From Vicinamibacteraceae bacterium (GTDB lineage: Bacteria; Acidobacteriota; Vicinamibacteria; Vicinamibacterales; JAFNAJ01): a stretch of 49,717 nt of DNA. The translations under genes and the position numbers were made by a program. Positions within the stretch are counted from its first letter, which is position 1, and each line of letters begins with the position of its first letter. The notes under the pieces were generated by a model. It worked only from the letters and a program-made list of their open reading frames with translations. It made no database searches and was not told the DNA's origin. The DNA lies in NCBI GenBank assembly GCA_023384595.1, contig JAHDVQ010000006.1, positions 13,339-63,055 on the forward strand, read 5' to 3'. Below, in pieces: positions 25,153 through 34,240 of this stretch.

Positions 25153-28100
25153 TCAGCCCCCGTTGCCGGCGAGCGGGAGCCAGAGCGTGACGGTGGTGCC
25201 CACGTCGCGCGCGCTCTCGACTGCAATCGTCCCGCCGTGCAGTTCGATGTTGCGCTTGGCGATGCTCAGCCCGAGGCCCGTGCCCGTGGCCTTCGTCGAG
25301 AAGTGCACCTCGAAGAGTCGCGAGAGCGCGTCCGCGTCCATGCCGACGCCGGTGTCCCTCACGCGGACGGCGACGCCGTCGCCGTCGCGTGCCGCTTCGA
25401 GCGTGAGCCGCCCGCGATCGGGCATCGCGTGGATGGCGTTCTCGATGACGTTGGTGATCGCGCGGCCGACGAGCATGCGGTCGATGAAGAGCCGGGGGAG
25501 GCCGGGCGAGGCCGACACCTCGATGTCGATGCGTTCCGCGAGTCCGGTGCGGTAGGCGGCGGCCACTTCCTCGAGGATGCCCGCGATCTCGGTCTCGACC
25601 GGGTGCGGTTGCGGCGTCGACGCGAAGCTCGAGAACTCCCCGGCGATCTGGCGCAACAGCCGCACCTGCGTCAGGATCGTGTCGACGCAGCCGTCGAGCA
25701 CCGGGGAGAGCGGCTCGCCCCGATCGCGGTGCACGCGGCGAAGATGCTCGGCCGACAACTGGATGGGCGTGAGCGGGTTCTTGATGTCGTGCGCGACCTG
25801 GCGGGCCATCTCGGCCCACGCCTCGAGCCGGTTGGTGCGTTCGAGCCTGGCGCGCTGGCGCTGGAGTTCGAACGCCATGGTGTTGAACGACTCGACCAGG
25901 CGCCGCAGCTCGTCGGCCGACCTCACGAAGACGCGGGCGTCGAGGTCGCCCGAGGCGATGCGCCGCGAGGCGCGCGTGAGGCGCTGCACGGGGTCGGCGA
26001 TCCGTTCGGCCATCCAGAGCCCGATGCCGGCGCCCAGCAGGATGAAGAGCAACGCTCCCAGTTGCACGCCGCGGTCGAGATCGTCGATCTCGCGTTCGAT
26101 CTCCTGCTGTCGCGACGCCATCGGCACGGTGACCATGGCGTCGCCGGCCGTCACGCGGATCGGCGCGGCCGCCATCAGGTAGCGCAGGGTCCCGAGCGTC
26201 TCCTCGACGACGACGCTCGACTGCCGCTCGAGCACGATGGCCTGATAGGCCGCCGCCGGCGCGCGCGCGGGGAGCATGCCCGAGGCGAACAGGTCGCGCT
26301 CGCTCGTGGCCACCAGCGCCGACCCCAGATACAGGTTCACGTCCTGGGCGATGAGGCGGCTGATCCACACCATCGTGTCGTCGCTCACGGGGCCCGCCGC
26401 GCTCTCGCCGACCTGGAGCGCCGTCACCGCTTCCTCGATGACGCGCTGGGCCACGGCGGCCGTGCGGGCGGCTTCGCCCTCGGCGTCGGCCCGCATGCGC
26501 CCCGCGACGAAGGTCCGGATGGCCAGCGCAAGGATGAGGACAGGGATGATCGACGAGGCGACGAAGGCGAGGAAGAGCTTCCGGTAGAAGCTGGTGCGGA
26601 ACTCACGGACGAGGGCCGTCCCCGCGTCGAGCCGGCGCCACGAGAGCCACTGTAGCAGCGCGGCCGCGGCGAGCGCCGTCGCGAGACCCAGCGCGGTGAA
26701 GGTGACCAGTTCGGCCAGCCGCATCATGTGGTCGAACCACGAGGGCACGGGGTAGTCGAGCGCGTAGATGCCGAACCGATCGTTGGCGAAGTACACCTCG
26801 TGCGTGCGGCCGCCGCGATCGAGCCTCGTCCAGAAGGGCGTGCGCGAGGCGTAGACGCGCGAGAAGAGCGGTTCGTCGAGCACCCAGGCCTGCCCCGACG
26901 AGGTGAACAGCGGCGTCCGTCCCCACCCGTAGATGACGAGCCCCACGTCGCGGCCAGGGTCGGCCTCGCGTTCGCGCGCCGCCGCCGGGCGGAAGAAGTC
27001 CGCGTAGGGCGCGCGCGACGACAGGAAGGGGAGGGCGTTGTAGTCGGGCATGACGTGCACGACGAGCGCGCCGATGACCCGGTCGCCGTCGGCGCAGACG
27101 TTGCGCTCGGCGTGCAGCATCCGCCGTTCCTCGGAACCGAACGGCGCGGCCTCGCCGAAGGTGTCCCACGTGCAGCTCGAGGCCTGCCACTCGACCACGC
27201 GGCCCTCGTACTCCGGGAAGTTCAGCGAGAAGCGGCTGCGCAGCCGCCGGTCGGGTCCGTAAACCTCGAGGGCCGACGTCAGGCGGTAGCGCGCCAGATC
27301 GGTCTGCTGCCACAGGCTGAATGCGAGATCGGTCGTGGGAGGCGCGTCCGGCGTCGCACCGCTGGCCGATGCCAGCAGGTCGGCGAGCGCCGGAATCGCA
27401 TCGAGCTGCCGTCGCGAGTCGTCGAGCCGCCGCAACAGATCTTCCGGGTGCGTGATGGCCTGCTGCGCGAACTCGCGCTCGACGAGGGCCCGCCGCGCGG
27501 CGTCGGCGGCGAAGACGAGCGACGGATAGAGGAGCAGCGCGGGAACCATGGCCGCCGTCGCCCAGGCCACGAGCCGCACCGCCTGCGAGCCGTGTCGATA
27601 CCAGGCGGTGCTGCGGGAGACGAGCCTCGTGGCCAGCGCGGCGGCCGCCAGCGTGACGACGATCGTCTCCTGCGGCACGACGCGATCGCCGAAGGCCGCC
27701 GTCACGACCATCGCGGGCGCCAGCCAGGAGGCGAGCCGGACGAACCAGGGTCCCGGACCCCGTCGCGGCACGCGTGTGCCCGCCAGGAAGAACAGGGCCG
27801 CGATGCCGAGCAGCAGGGCCGCGTGGAGCACGACGAGGCCGGCCAGCAGCGCCAGCCGATTGGGTGGCCAGGGTTGGAGCGTGAGCTGCAGCAGGTCCAC
27901 CCGGCCCGCCTCCACGCCCGCGCCGAGCACCGCTTCGAAGGCGAGCAGCGCCGCCGTCGCGACCAGACCCGCCAGGGCATGCCCGACGACGAGCCGGCTC
28001 CAGCCCGATCGCGAGCCGGCCGGACGCCGGGTCCACGTGCGGCGCACCAGGACCCACTCGGCGATCAGCACGGCCAGGGCCAGCGCGAAGCACGCCGAGA

Positions 28101-29070
28101 CGAAGAAGTCGACAGGGGATCTCAGCGCGAGCGGCGTCCAGAACGCCGTCGCATCGGGTGGCCCGGGGCGCCAGGACGAGGGCACCGCGAACCAGGCGAC
28201 CATGCGCACGAGCGCGAGCAGCCCCATCACGACCAGGGTGACGCGGCGCCAACGCCCGGGTTCGCGACCGGGCCGGCCCCGCGCGTCGAGCAGGGGACCG
28301 AGCAGCAGCAGCAGCGTCAGCGCGATCACGCCGAGGGCGGCCGCCCGGACGGCCTCGACTCCGGCGGTCTCGCGACGCGCGAGCGCCTCGGCGGTGAGCG
28401 CGGCCTCGAAGAGCGGCTCGCCCTGCTCGCTTCGCACGACGACGCCGGTACCTGGCGGCGCTCCCGCGCCGCCCGCAAACCGCGGGCGAAGCGTCACCTC
28501 GCCATAGGACGTGATGATCGTGTATTCGCGTTCTCCCCGGACTTCCCCCGGCGTGAGCAGCGTCTCGGCCGCCAACGTGCCCACCCGGCGGCCGCTCTGG
28601 ACCGACTCGATCGGCTCGATGCGGACGTAGCGCAGCCCCGTCGGCCCGGGCGCGACGAACCCCGCGGGGGGGCCGTCGATGCGGTCGACGGGCAGTGTCG
28701 AGGCCCGGCCCTGCCAGGCAATCGGCGCCCCGCCCACGGCATAGACGGTGAGGGCGTCGTCAGTGGTCAGATGCCGATCGGCGGCGGCCGCCAGCGCCTC
28801 GAAGAGATCGTGCGCCCGGCCGGCGGCGACCGCGGCCCCGAGATCGACGTTCCGGCGAAGCGCGGTGCCGGCGGCCCGGAGGCGGCGCGCCCGGGCGTCG
28901 AGCGTGGCCTCCACCTCGCTGGCGACGGCCCGCTGCAGGGCCTCGGGCGTCGACGGGTAGCGGCTCTGACGCCAGACGCCCACGAGCGCCACGGCGGCCG
29001 CAATCGAGAGCCCCGCCAGCAGCAGATGGACCCACGCGAGCTGGCCGCGCTTGGGAAGCCTGGACGCCAC
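25153..29070 (-). CDS. Very large membrane sensor histidine kinase (NtrY-like HAMP-HisKA-HATPase), about 1305 aa
   Basis: HAMP domain, WAEMARQVAHDIKNPLTPI, NVIENA, DTGVG, FSTK and GTGLGL, with many TM segments. GTG 29070 was chosen because the upstream part of the ORF is antisense to a real gene. Confidence 0.88.
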   Translation of the reverse strand: MASRLPKRGQLAWVHLLLAGLSIAAAVALVGVWRQSRYPSTPEALQRAVASEVEATLDARARRLRAAGTALRRNVDLGAAVAAGRAHDLFEALAAAADRHLTTDDALTVYAVGGAPIAWQGRASTLPVDRIDGPPAGFVAPGPTGLRYVRIEPIESVQSGRRVGTLAAETLLTPGEVRGEREYTIITSYGEVTLRPRFAGGAGAPPGTGVVVRSEQGEPLFEAALTAEALARRETAGVEAVRAAALGVIALTLLLLLGPLLDARGRPGREPGRWRRVTLVVMGLLALVRMVAWFAVPSSWRPGPPDATAFWTPLALRSPVDFFVSACFALALAVLIAEWVLVRRTWTRRPAGSRSGWSRLVVGHALAGLVATAALLAFEAVLGAGVEAGRVDLLQLTLQPWPPNRLALLAGLVVLHAALLLGIAALFFLAGTRVPRRGPGPWFVRLASWLAPAMVVTAAFGDRVVPQETIVVTLAAAALATRLVSRSTAWYRHGSQAVRLVAWATAAMVPALLLYPSLVFAADAARRALVEREFAQQAITHPEDLLRRLDDSRRQLDAIPALADLLASASGATPDAPPTTDLAFSLWQQTDLARYRLTSALEVYGPDRRLRSRFSLNFPEYEGRVVEWQASSCTWDTFGEAAPFGSEERRMLHAERNVCADGDRVIGALVVHVMPDYNALPFLSSRAPYADFFRPAAAREREADPGRDVGLVIYGWGRTPLFTSSGQAWVLDEPLFSRVYASRTPFWTRLDRGGRTHEVYFANDRFGIYALDYPVPSWFDHMMRLAELVTFTALGLATALAAAALLQWLSWRRLDAGTALVREFRTSFYRKLFLAFVASSIIPVLILALAIRTFVAGRMRADAEGEAARTAAVAQRVIEEAVTALQVGESAAGPVSDDTMVWISRLIAQDVNLYLGSALVATSERDLFASGMLPARAPAAAYQAIVLERQSSVVVEETLGTLRYLMAAAPIRVTAGDAMVTVPMASRQQEIEREIDDLDRGVQLGALLFILLGAGIGLWMAERIADPVQRLTRASRRIASGDLDARVFVRSADELRRLVESFNTMAFELQRQRARLERTNRLEAWAEMARQVAHDIKNPLTPIQLSAEHLRRVHRDRGEPLSPVLDGCVDTILTQVRLLRQIAGEFSSFASTPQPHPVETEIAGILEEVAAAYRTGLAERIDIEVSASPGLPRLFIDRMLVGRAITNVIENAIHAMPDRGRLTLEAARDGDGVAVRVRDTGVGMDADALSRLFEVHFSTKATGTGLGLSIAKRNIELHGGTIAVESARDVGTTVTLWLPLAGNGG

Positions 29071-29157
29071 GTCTTCCGCAGTGTAGCCGACACGGTCGCC
29101 CGCGGGGCGGCCGTCCGCGATCGGCCGTGTATACTCGACGTGGCCCCCGGCGACGGC

Positions 29158-30153
29158 ATGTTGCGCACCATCAAACCGACGCTCAAACGCGGGACCTTCG
29201 TGACGGCCGCCAACTGGCCCGTCGTCGCCGTGCAGTTCGTCGCCGAATCCACCTTCAAGATTCTCCTCGGCGTGCCCATTGTGGGCGGCGTGCTCCTGGT
29301 GTCGCTCGGCATGGGCCAGGACGTGACGGGCGCCCTTGGCGCCGGCCCCCGGCAGATTGTCACGACCGTGGGGGCGCGGCTGGCCGAGCACCCGCTGGCC
29401 CTGACCTGGTTCGTCCTGTCCTGCCTGGCCGTGATCCTGGGCGGATCGGCGCTCGTCTTCCTCGTCAAGGGCGGCACGATGACCGTACTCGCGCGGGGCG
29501 AAGCGGCTGCGGGGCCCATCGAGCGGGGGGCGCTGCGCCTGCGCGACTTCCGGCGCGCCGAGGCGTACTCGATTGCGGCCTTCACGGCCGGGAGCCAGCA
29601 CCTCTTCCGCCGATACCTCAGGCTCGGCGCGGTCCTTCTGCTCCTGTACCTGGTCTCGGGGGCCTTCTATCTCGGCGCCATCCTCGGAGGCTACAGCCTG
29701 CTCGAGTCCTCGGGATGGGTGGTCGGCTGGACGCTCGTGGCGGCCCTCGGCTCGGCCGGCCTGTTCATGTGGATTGCGCTCGTGAACCTGGTCTACCTGC
29801 TCGTGCAGATGGTCGTGGCCGTCGAGGATTGCTCGGTGCGGACGGCCGCCCGGATCGTCGTCGAGTTCTTGCGCGCGCGTGGCAGCAATGTCATGCTCGT
29901 CTTCGCCGTGGTGCTCGTGCTCGTCGTGGCGGCCACGGCGGCGTCGCTGCTGGCGACGGCCGGACTCGGTCTCATCTCGTTCGTGCCGCTCATTGGCCTG
30001 GCGGTGTTCCCGCTGCAGGCCGCGGCGTGGTTGGTGCGGGGCCTGGTCTTCCAGTTCCTCGGGTTGACCGCCCTGACCGCATATCTCTCCCTGTATCGCG
30101 AGCACCGTGCGTGGCAGGCGCGCGGCTCTTCGCTCGTCAGGACGGCATCATGA
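29158..30153 (+). CDS. Hypothetical polytopic membrane protein (about 6 TM)
   Basis: Hydrophobic C-terminal 331 aa of ORF 26728..30153. TATACT lies upstream at 29130-29135, and the stop overlaps the next gene (ATGA). Confidence 0.75.
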   Translation: MLRTIKPTLKRGTFVTAANWPVVAVQFVAESTFKILLGVPIVGGVLLVSLGMGQDVTGALGAGPRQIVTTVGARLAEHPLALTWFVLSCLAVILGGSALVFLVKGGTMTVLARGEAAAGPIERGALRLRDFRRAEAYSIAAFTAGSQHLFRRYLRLGAVLLLLYLVSGAFYLGAILGGYSLLESSGWVVGWTLVAALGSAGLFMWIALVNLVYLLVQMVVAVEDCSVRTAARIVVEFLRARGSNVMLVFAVVLVLVVAATAASLLATAGLGLISFVPLIGLAVFPLQAAAWLVRGLVFQFLGLTALTAYLSLYREHRAWQARGSSLVRTAS

Positions 30154-31400
30154 GCTTCGAACACCTTCTTTCGCGCGCCGGCGAACGGATGCAGCAGTCG
30201 GCGATCCGCCAGATGGGCACCGTGGCCGCGTCGCTCCCCGACGTCATCTCGTTCGCCCCCGGATATCCCGCCCCCGAAACCTTCGCCTGGGACGACTACC
30301 GGACCATCGCCGACGACGTCCTCTCGGGCGCCGACGGCACGGCCCTGCAGTACGGCCCCACGCGCGGCTTCGGCCCACTGCTCGACACGCTCGTCTCGCT
30401 ACTCGCGGCCCGCGGCATCACCTCCACCGTCGAGCAGCTCCAGCTCACCACGGGGTCGCAGCAGGGGCTCGATCTCGTGGCCCGGGTGCTGCTCGACCCG
30501 GGCGACGTGGCACTGGTGGAGCTGCCCAGCTATACCGGGGCCCTCACCGCGTTCCGCAACGTCATGGCGTCGCTCGTCGGCGTGCGGCGCGACGACGAGG
30601 GCATCGATCTCGATCATCTCGAGACGACGGTGGCACGGCTCTCGGCAGAGGGACGCCGCGTCAAGTTCCTGTACCTCGTTCCCAACTTCCAGAACCCGAC
30701 GGGCGCGCTCATGTCGCTCGCACGCCGCCGCGCGGTGCTCGACTGGGCGCTTCGGCGCGACCTCATCATCGTCGAGGACGATCCGTACGGGGCGCTGTAC
30801 TTCGAGGACACGACGTCGCCCGACGAGACGCGGCCGATCAAGGCCGACGACCGTGACGGACGGGTCATCTACTTGAGCAGCTTCTCGAAGACGCTCTCGC
30901 CGGCGTTCCGCGTGGCGTGGGTGACGGCGCATCCCTCGCTCGCCGCCCGGTTCGAGACGGCCAAGCAGGCGCTGGACCTGTGCACGGGCAATTTCGATCA
31001 GCGGATGGTCTACGAGTCGTGCCGCCGCGGCGTCCTCGACAGGCAGGTGCCGAAGCTGCGCGCCTTCTATCAGCGGAACCGCACGGTGATGCAGGAGGCG
31101 CTGCGCGAACGGCTCGGGGATCGCATCACCTGGGCCATCCCGCGCGGCGGCTTCTTCCTGTGGGCGAGCCTGCCCGAGGGCGTCGACACCATGAAGATGC
31201 TCGACCGGGCGATGCGCCACCGCGTGATCTACGTCGCGGGAAGCCCGTTCTTCGTCGACGGCTCCGGGCAGCAGACGCTGCGCCTGGCGTTCTCGTTCGT
31301 CCAGCCGGCCAGGCTCGTCGAGGGTGTCGAGCGGCTCTCGACGGCCATCATGGAAGAGCTGGAGACGATTCCGAAGCTGGCGGCGAAGCAGGAGGGCTAG
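30150..31400 (+). CDS. PLP-dependent class I aminotransferase (LysN / 2-aminoadipate transaminase-like)
   Basis: SAIR, ISFAPGYP, LQYGPTRG, GSQQGLDL, PNFQNPTG, EDDPY, SFSKTLSP.FR and GGFFLW. Confidence 0.9.
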   Translation: MSFEHLLSRAGERMQQSAIRQMGTVAASLPDVISFAPGYPAPETFAWDDYRTIADDVLSGADGTALQYGPTRGFGPLLDTLVSLLAARGITSTVEQLQLTTGSQQGLDLVARVLLDPGDVALVELPSYTGALTAFRNVMASLVGVRRDDEGIDLDHLETTVARLSAEGRRVKFLYLVPNFQNPTGALMSLARRRAVLDWALRRDLIIVEDDPYGALYFEDTTSPDETRPIKADDRDGRVIYLSSFSKTLSPAFRVAWVTAHPSLAARFETAKQALDLCTGNFDQRMVYESCRRGVLDRQVPKLRAFYQRNRTVMQEALRERLGDRITWAIPRGGFFLWASLPEGVDTMKMLDRAMRHRVIYVAGSPFFVDGSGQQTLRLAFSFVQPARLVEGVERLSTAIMEELETIPKLAAKQEG

Positions 31401-32622
31401 GCACCTCGGGGAGGCCCAGGCCGACGCCGGGCAGACTGCGCAGCGGCACCTCGAGCGGCACGATGCGCCGCTCGAGGAGCGTCGCGCGTCCATCACCGAA
31501 GACGACGAGCACTCGCGGCAGGGCCGGAATCCGGCCCGCGACGGGGAGCGGCGGCGAGAACGGCTCCGACGCCAGCGGGACCGTCGCCACGGCCTGTCCG
31601 TCGGCCCGAGAGTAGGCGCGCAGTTCTGCCGCGCGGCTGGGAACAATCAGCGTGTCGCCGACGATCAGCGGACCCGCCATCGCGCGTGACGGCAACTCGA
31701 CGCGCCACTGCTGCGACCCGCTCCCGCGATCGAGCCCGCGCAGCAGGTTGTCGAGCGACGCCACGTAGATGCGATCCGCGTCGACCGCCACCGCGCCCGT
31801 GATGTCCCCCCCGGTGCGCCATCGCCAGTCGGGCCGGCCCGTGGCGAGGTCGAGCACGTGCAGGAAGTTGTCGGCCGACGCCACGTAGAGGTGAGGCTCC
31901 GCGATGGTGAGCCCCGTGATGCGCTCGCGGCCGACCGTGCGCGACCAGGCGGGCTCGCCGTCGCGGATGTCGAGCATCGCCACGCGCCCGTCCTCGAGGC
32001 CGACGACAACGAGGTCGCCCGAGACGAGCGGCTCCAGGCTGGCCGGTCCCGGCAACGGCCTCCGCCAGACGACCTCGCCGCTCGCGGCACTCATCGCGAG
32101 CATCTCGTGGTTCGCGAGCGCCAGAAGGATCCACCCCGAACGCACGAGCGGCGCGGCCGCGGGCTCGGCCGGGAGCGGCACGCGCCAGACGGCCGTCCCG
32201 GTGGCGGCATCGAGCGCCTCCAACTGGTCGCCCCCCGCGACGTACACGCGGACGCCGTCGCTCGCGGGCCGGTGCCGGGTGGTCGAGGGCAAGGTCCACG
32301 CCACGCGCCCGTCCGCCAGGTCGAGGGCGACGACGGCGCCGGTCCGCAGCACGATGAAGGCGCGGACGTCGTCGGCGACCACGGGCGCGGCCGGGGGCGC
32401 GCCGAATTCGGCCATCCAGGTGGCCGCCAGCGGGAAGAGACTGCCGCGCACGGCGTCGAACGAGACGGGCGCAGGCCGGGTCACCGCCGGCGAGGCGGGC
32501 TGGGCAGCGCCCGGTCTCGCGCCAGGAGCGGGCTGCGCCAGCGCCCGGTCGGGCAAAAACCCCAACAGGGAGAGGCACGCGGCCGCGGCCACGCAAGATA
32601 TTGCCGTGCCTCGGGATCCCAC
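31348..32622 (-). CDS. Secreted PQQ-repeat beta-propeller protein (BamB-like fold)
   Basis: Repeated ALDxxxGxxxW Trp-docking motifs ([52 protein letters not shown]) and a signal peptide ending ALA-Q. Start is uncertain. Confidence 0.8.
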   Translation of the reverse strand: MGSRGTAISCVAAAACLSLLGFLPDRALAQPAPGARPGAAQPASPAVTRPAPVSFDAVRGSLFPLAATWMAEFGAPPAAPVVADDVRAFIVLRTGAVVALDLADGRVAWTLPSTTRHRPASDGVRVYVAGGDQLEALDAATGTAVWRVPLPAEPAAAPLVRSGWILLALANHEMLAMSAASGEVVWRRPLPGPASLEPLVSGDLVVVGLEDGRVAMLDIRDGEPAWSRTVGRERITGLTIAEPHLYVASADNFLHVLDLATGRPDWRWRTGGDITGAVAVDADRIYVASLDNLLRGLDRGSGSQQWRVELPSRAMAGPLIVGDTLIVPSRAAELRAYSRADGQAVATVPLASEPFSPPLPVAGRIPALPRVLVVFGDGRATLLERRIVPLEVPLRSLPGVGLGLPEVPSPPASPPASESSPALP

Positions 32623-32627
32623 GTCGC

Positions 32628-32634
32628 TATAATA
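32628..32634. promoter_or_regulatory. Overlapping divergent -10 elements (guaA / propeller gene)
   Basis: TATAAT on plus (32628-32633) and TATTAT on minus (32634-32629). Confidence 0.55.
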
Positions 32635-32691
32635 CCGGAGACTGCACGGCCGCCGGTTGGGCCCGCGACCGTCTCCCGCTTCCAGAAGTCC

Positions 32692-34233
32692 GTGACACAT
32701 CAGACCATTCTCGTCCTCGATTTCGGCTCGCAGTTCACCCAGCTCATCGCGAGGCGTCTGCGGGAGCTGTCGGTCTACTGCGAGATTCTGCCGTTCAGCA
32801 CGCCGGTCGAGGAGCTTCGGCGCCGCAGCCCGGCCGGGCTCATCCTGTCGGGCGGGCCGCTCAGCGTGAGCGACCCGGGAGCTCCACACAGCGACCCGGC
32901 CCTGCTCGAGCTGGGCGTCCCGGTGCTCGGCATCTGCTACGGGATGCAGCTCCTGACCGAGCAGCTCGGTGGTCGCGTCGGCCCGGCGCGCCACCGGGAG
33001 TACGGCCACGCGCGCGTGGAGGTCAGCCGCCCCGAGGCCGCGCTCTTCGCGCGGTGTCCCGACTCGCTGCGCGTCTGGGCGAGCCACGGGGACTACATCG
33101 AGGCGCCGCCCGCCGGCTTCACGGTGGTCGCCACCTCGGCCAACGCGCCGGTGGCCGCCATCGAGCATCGCGACCGTCGCCTGTTCGGCCTGCTGTTCCA
33201 TCCCGAGGTGCACCACTCCGAGCACGGGACCGACATCCTCCGGAACTTCGCCTATACCGTCTGCGGCTGCCGCGGCGACTGGACGATGTCGTCGTTCGTC
33301 GAGGAGGCCACCGCGAAGATTCGCGACACGGTGGGCGACGGACGCGTCGTCTGCGCGCTGTCGGGCGGGGTCGATTCGACGGTGGTCGCGCTGCTGGTGC
33401 ACCGCGCGGTGGGCGACCGGCTGCGCTGCATCTTCGTCGACAACGGCCTGCTGCGGCATGACGAGGCGGCGCAGGTCATGCAGCGGTTCGTGGACAAGCT
33501 GCACCTGCCCGTGGTGATGGCCGACGCCCGGACGTTGTTCCTCGAGCGGCTGGCGGGGGTGACCGATCCCGAGCGGAAGCGGAAGATCATCGGCGCGACC
33601 TTCATCGACGTCTTCGAGGAGGAGGCGAGGGCGCTGGGCTCGTTCGACTTCCTCGCGCAGGGCACGCTCTATCCGGACGTCATCGAGAGCGTCTCCGTGA
33701 TGGGGCCGTCGGTGACCATCAAGAGCCATCACAACGTGGGCGGCCTCCCCGAGCGCATGCGCTTCACGCTGGTCGAACCGGTGCGGCAGCTGTTCAAGGA
33801 CGAAGTGCGCGTGCTCGGCCTGGAACTGGGCCTCGACGAGGCGTTCGTGTGGCGTCAGCCCTTCCCGGGGCCGGGTCTGGCCGTCCGGGTGCTGGGCGAG
33901 ATCACCGAGGAGCGGCTGGCGCTGGTCCGCGCGGCCGACGTGATCGTCCAGGACGAGGTCAGGCGCGCGGGGTGGTATCGTCGTCTGTGGCAATCCTTCG
34001 CGGTGCTGCTGCCGGTGCAGAGCGTGGGCGTCATGGGCGATGCGCGCACGTACGAGTACACGGTGGCCGTGCGGGCCGTGGAGAGTCGCGACGGCATGAC
34101 GGCCGACTGGGCGCGGCTGCCGCACGAACTGCTCGCGACCATCTCGTCGCGCATCGTCAACGAGGTGAAGGGCATTAACCGCGTGGTCTACGACGTCAGC
34201 TCGAAGCCGCCATCGACCATCGAGTGGGAGTGA
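32692..34233 (+). CDS. guaA: GMP synthase (glutamine-hydrolysing)
   Basis: [51 protein letters not shown] and [12 protein letters not shown] start. Confidence 0.98.
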   Translation: MTHQTILVLDFGSQFTQLIARRLRELSVYCEILPFSTPVEELRRRSPAGLILSGGPLSVSDPGAPHSDPALLELGVPVLGICYGMQLLTEQLGGRVGPARHREYGHARVEVSRPEAALFARCPDSLRVWASHGDYIEAPPAGFTVVATSANAPVAAIEHRDRRLFGLLFHPEVHHSEHGTDILRNFAYTVCGCRGDWTMSSFVEEATAKIRDTVGDGRVVCALSGGVDSTVVALLVHRAVGDRLRCIFVDNGLLRHDEAAQVMQRFVDKLHLPVVMADARTLFLERLAGVTDPERKRKIIGATFIDVFEEEARALGSFDFLAQGTLYPDVIESVSVMGPSVTIKSHHNVGGLPERMRFTLVEPVRQLFKDEVRVLGLELGLDEAFVWRQPFPGPGLAVRVLGEITEERLALVRAADVIVQDEVRRAGWYRRLWQSFAVLLPVQSVGVMGDARTYEYTVAVRAVESRDGMTADWARLPHELLATISSRIVNEVKGINRVVYDVSSKPPSTIEWE

Positions 34234-34240
34234 GCCTGGG

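Noticed and set aside
29071-30105. N-terminal 345 aa of the 1650-aa kinase ORF
   Set aside because: It is antisense to the membrane protein at 29158-30153 and crosses the divergent promoter region.
32596-32612. GGCAC/TTGC-like sigma54 promoter candidates here and near 11246 and 18230
   Set aside because: None has the required GG-N10-GC spacing.
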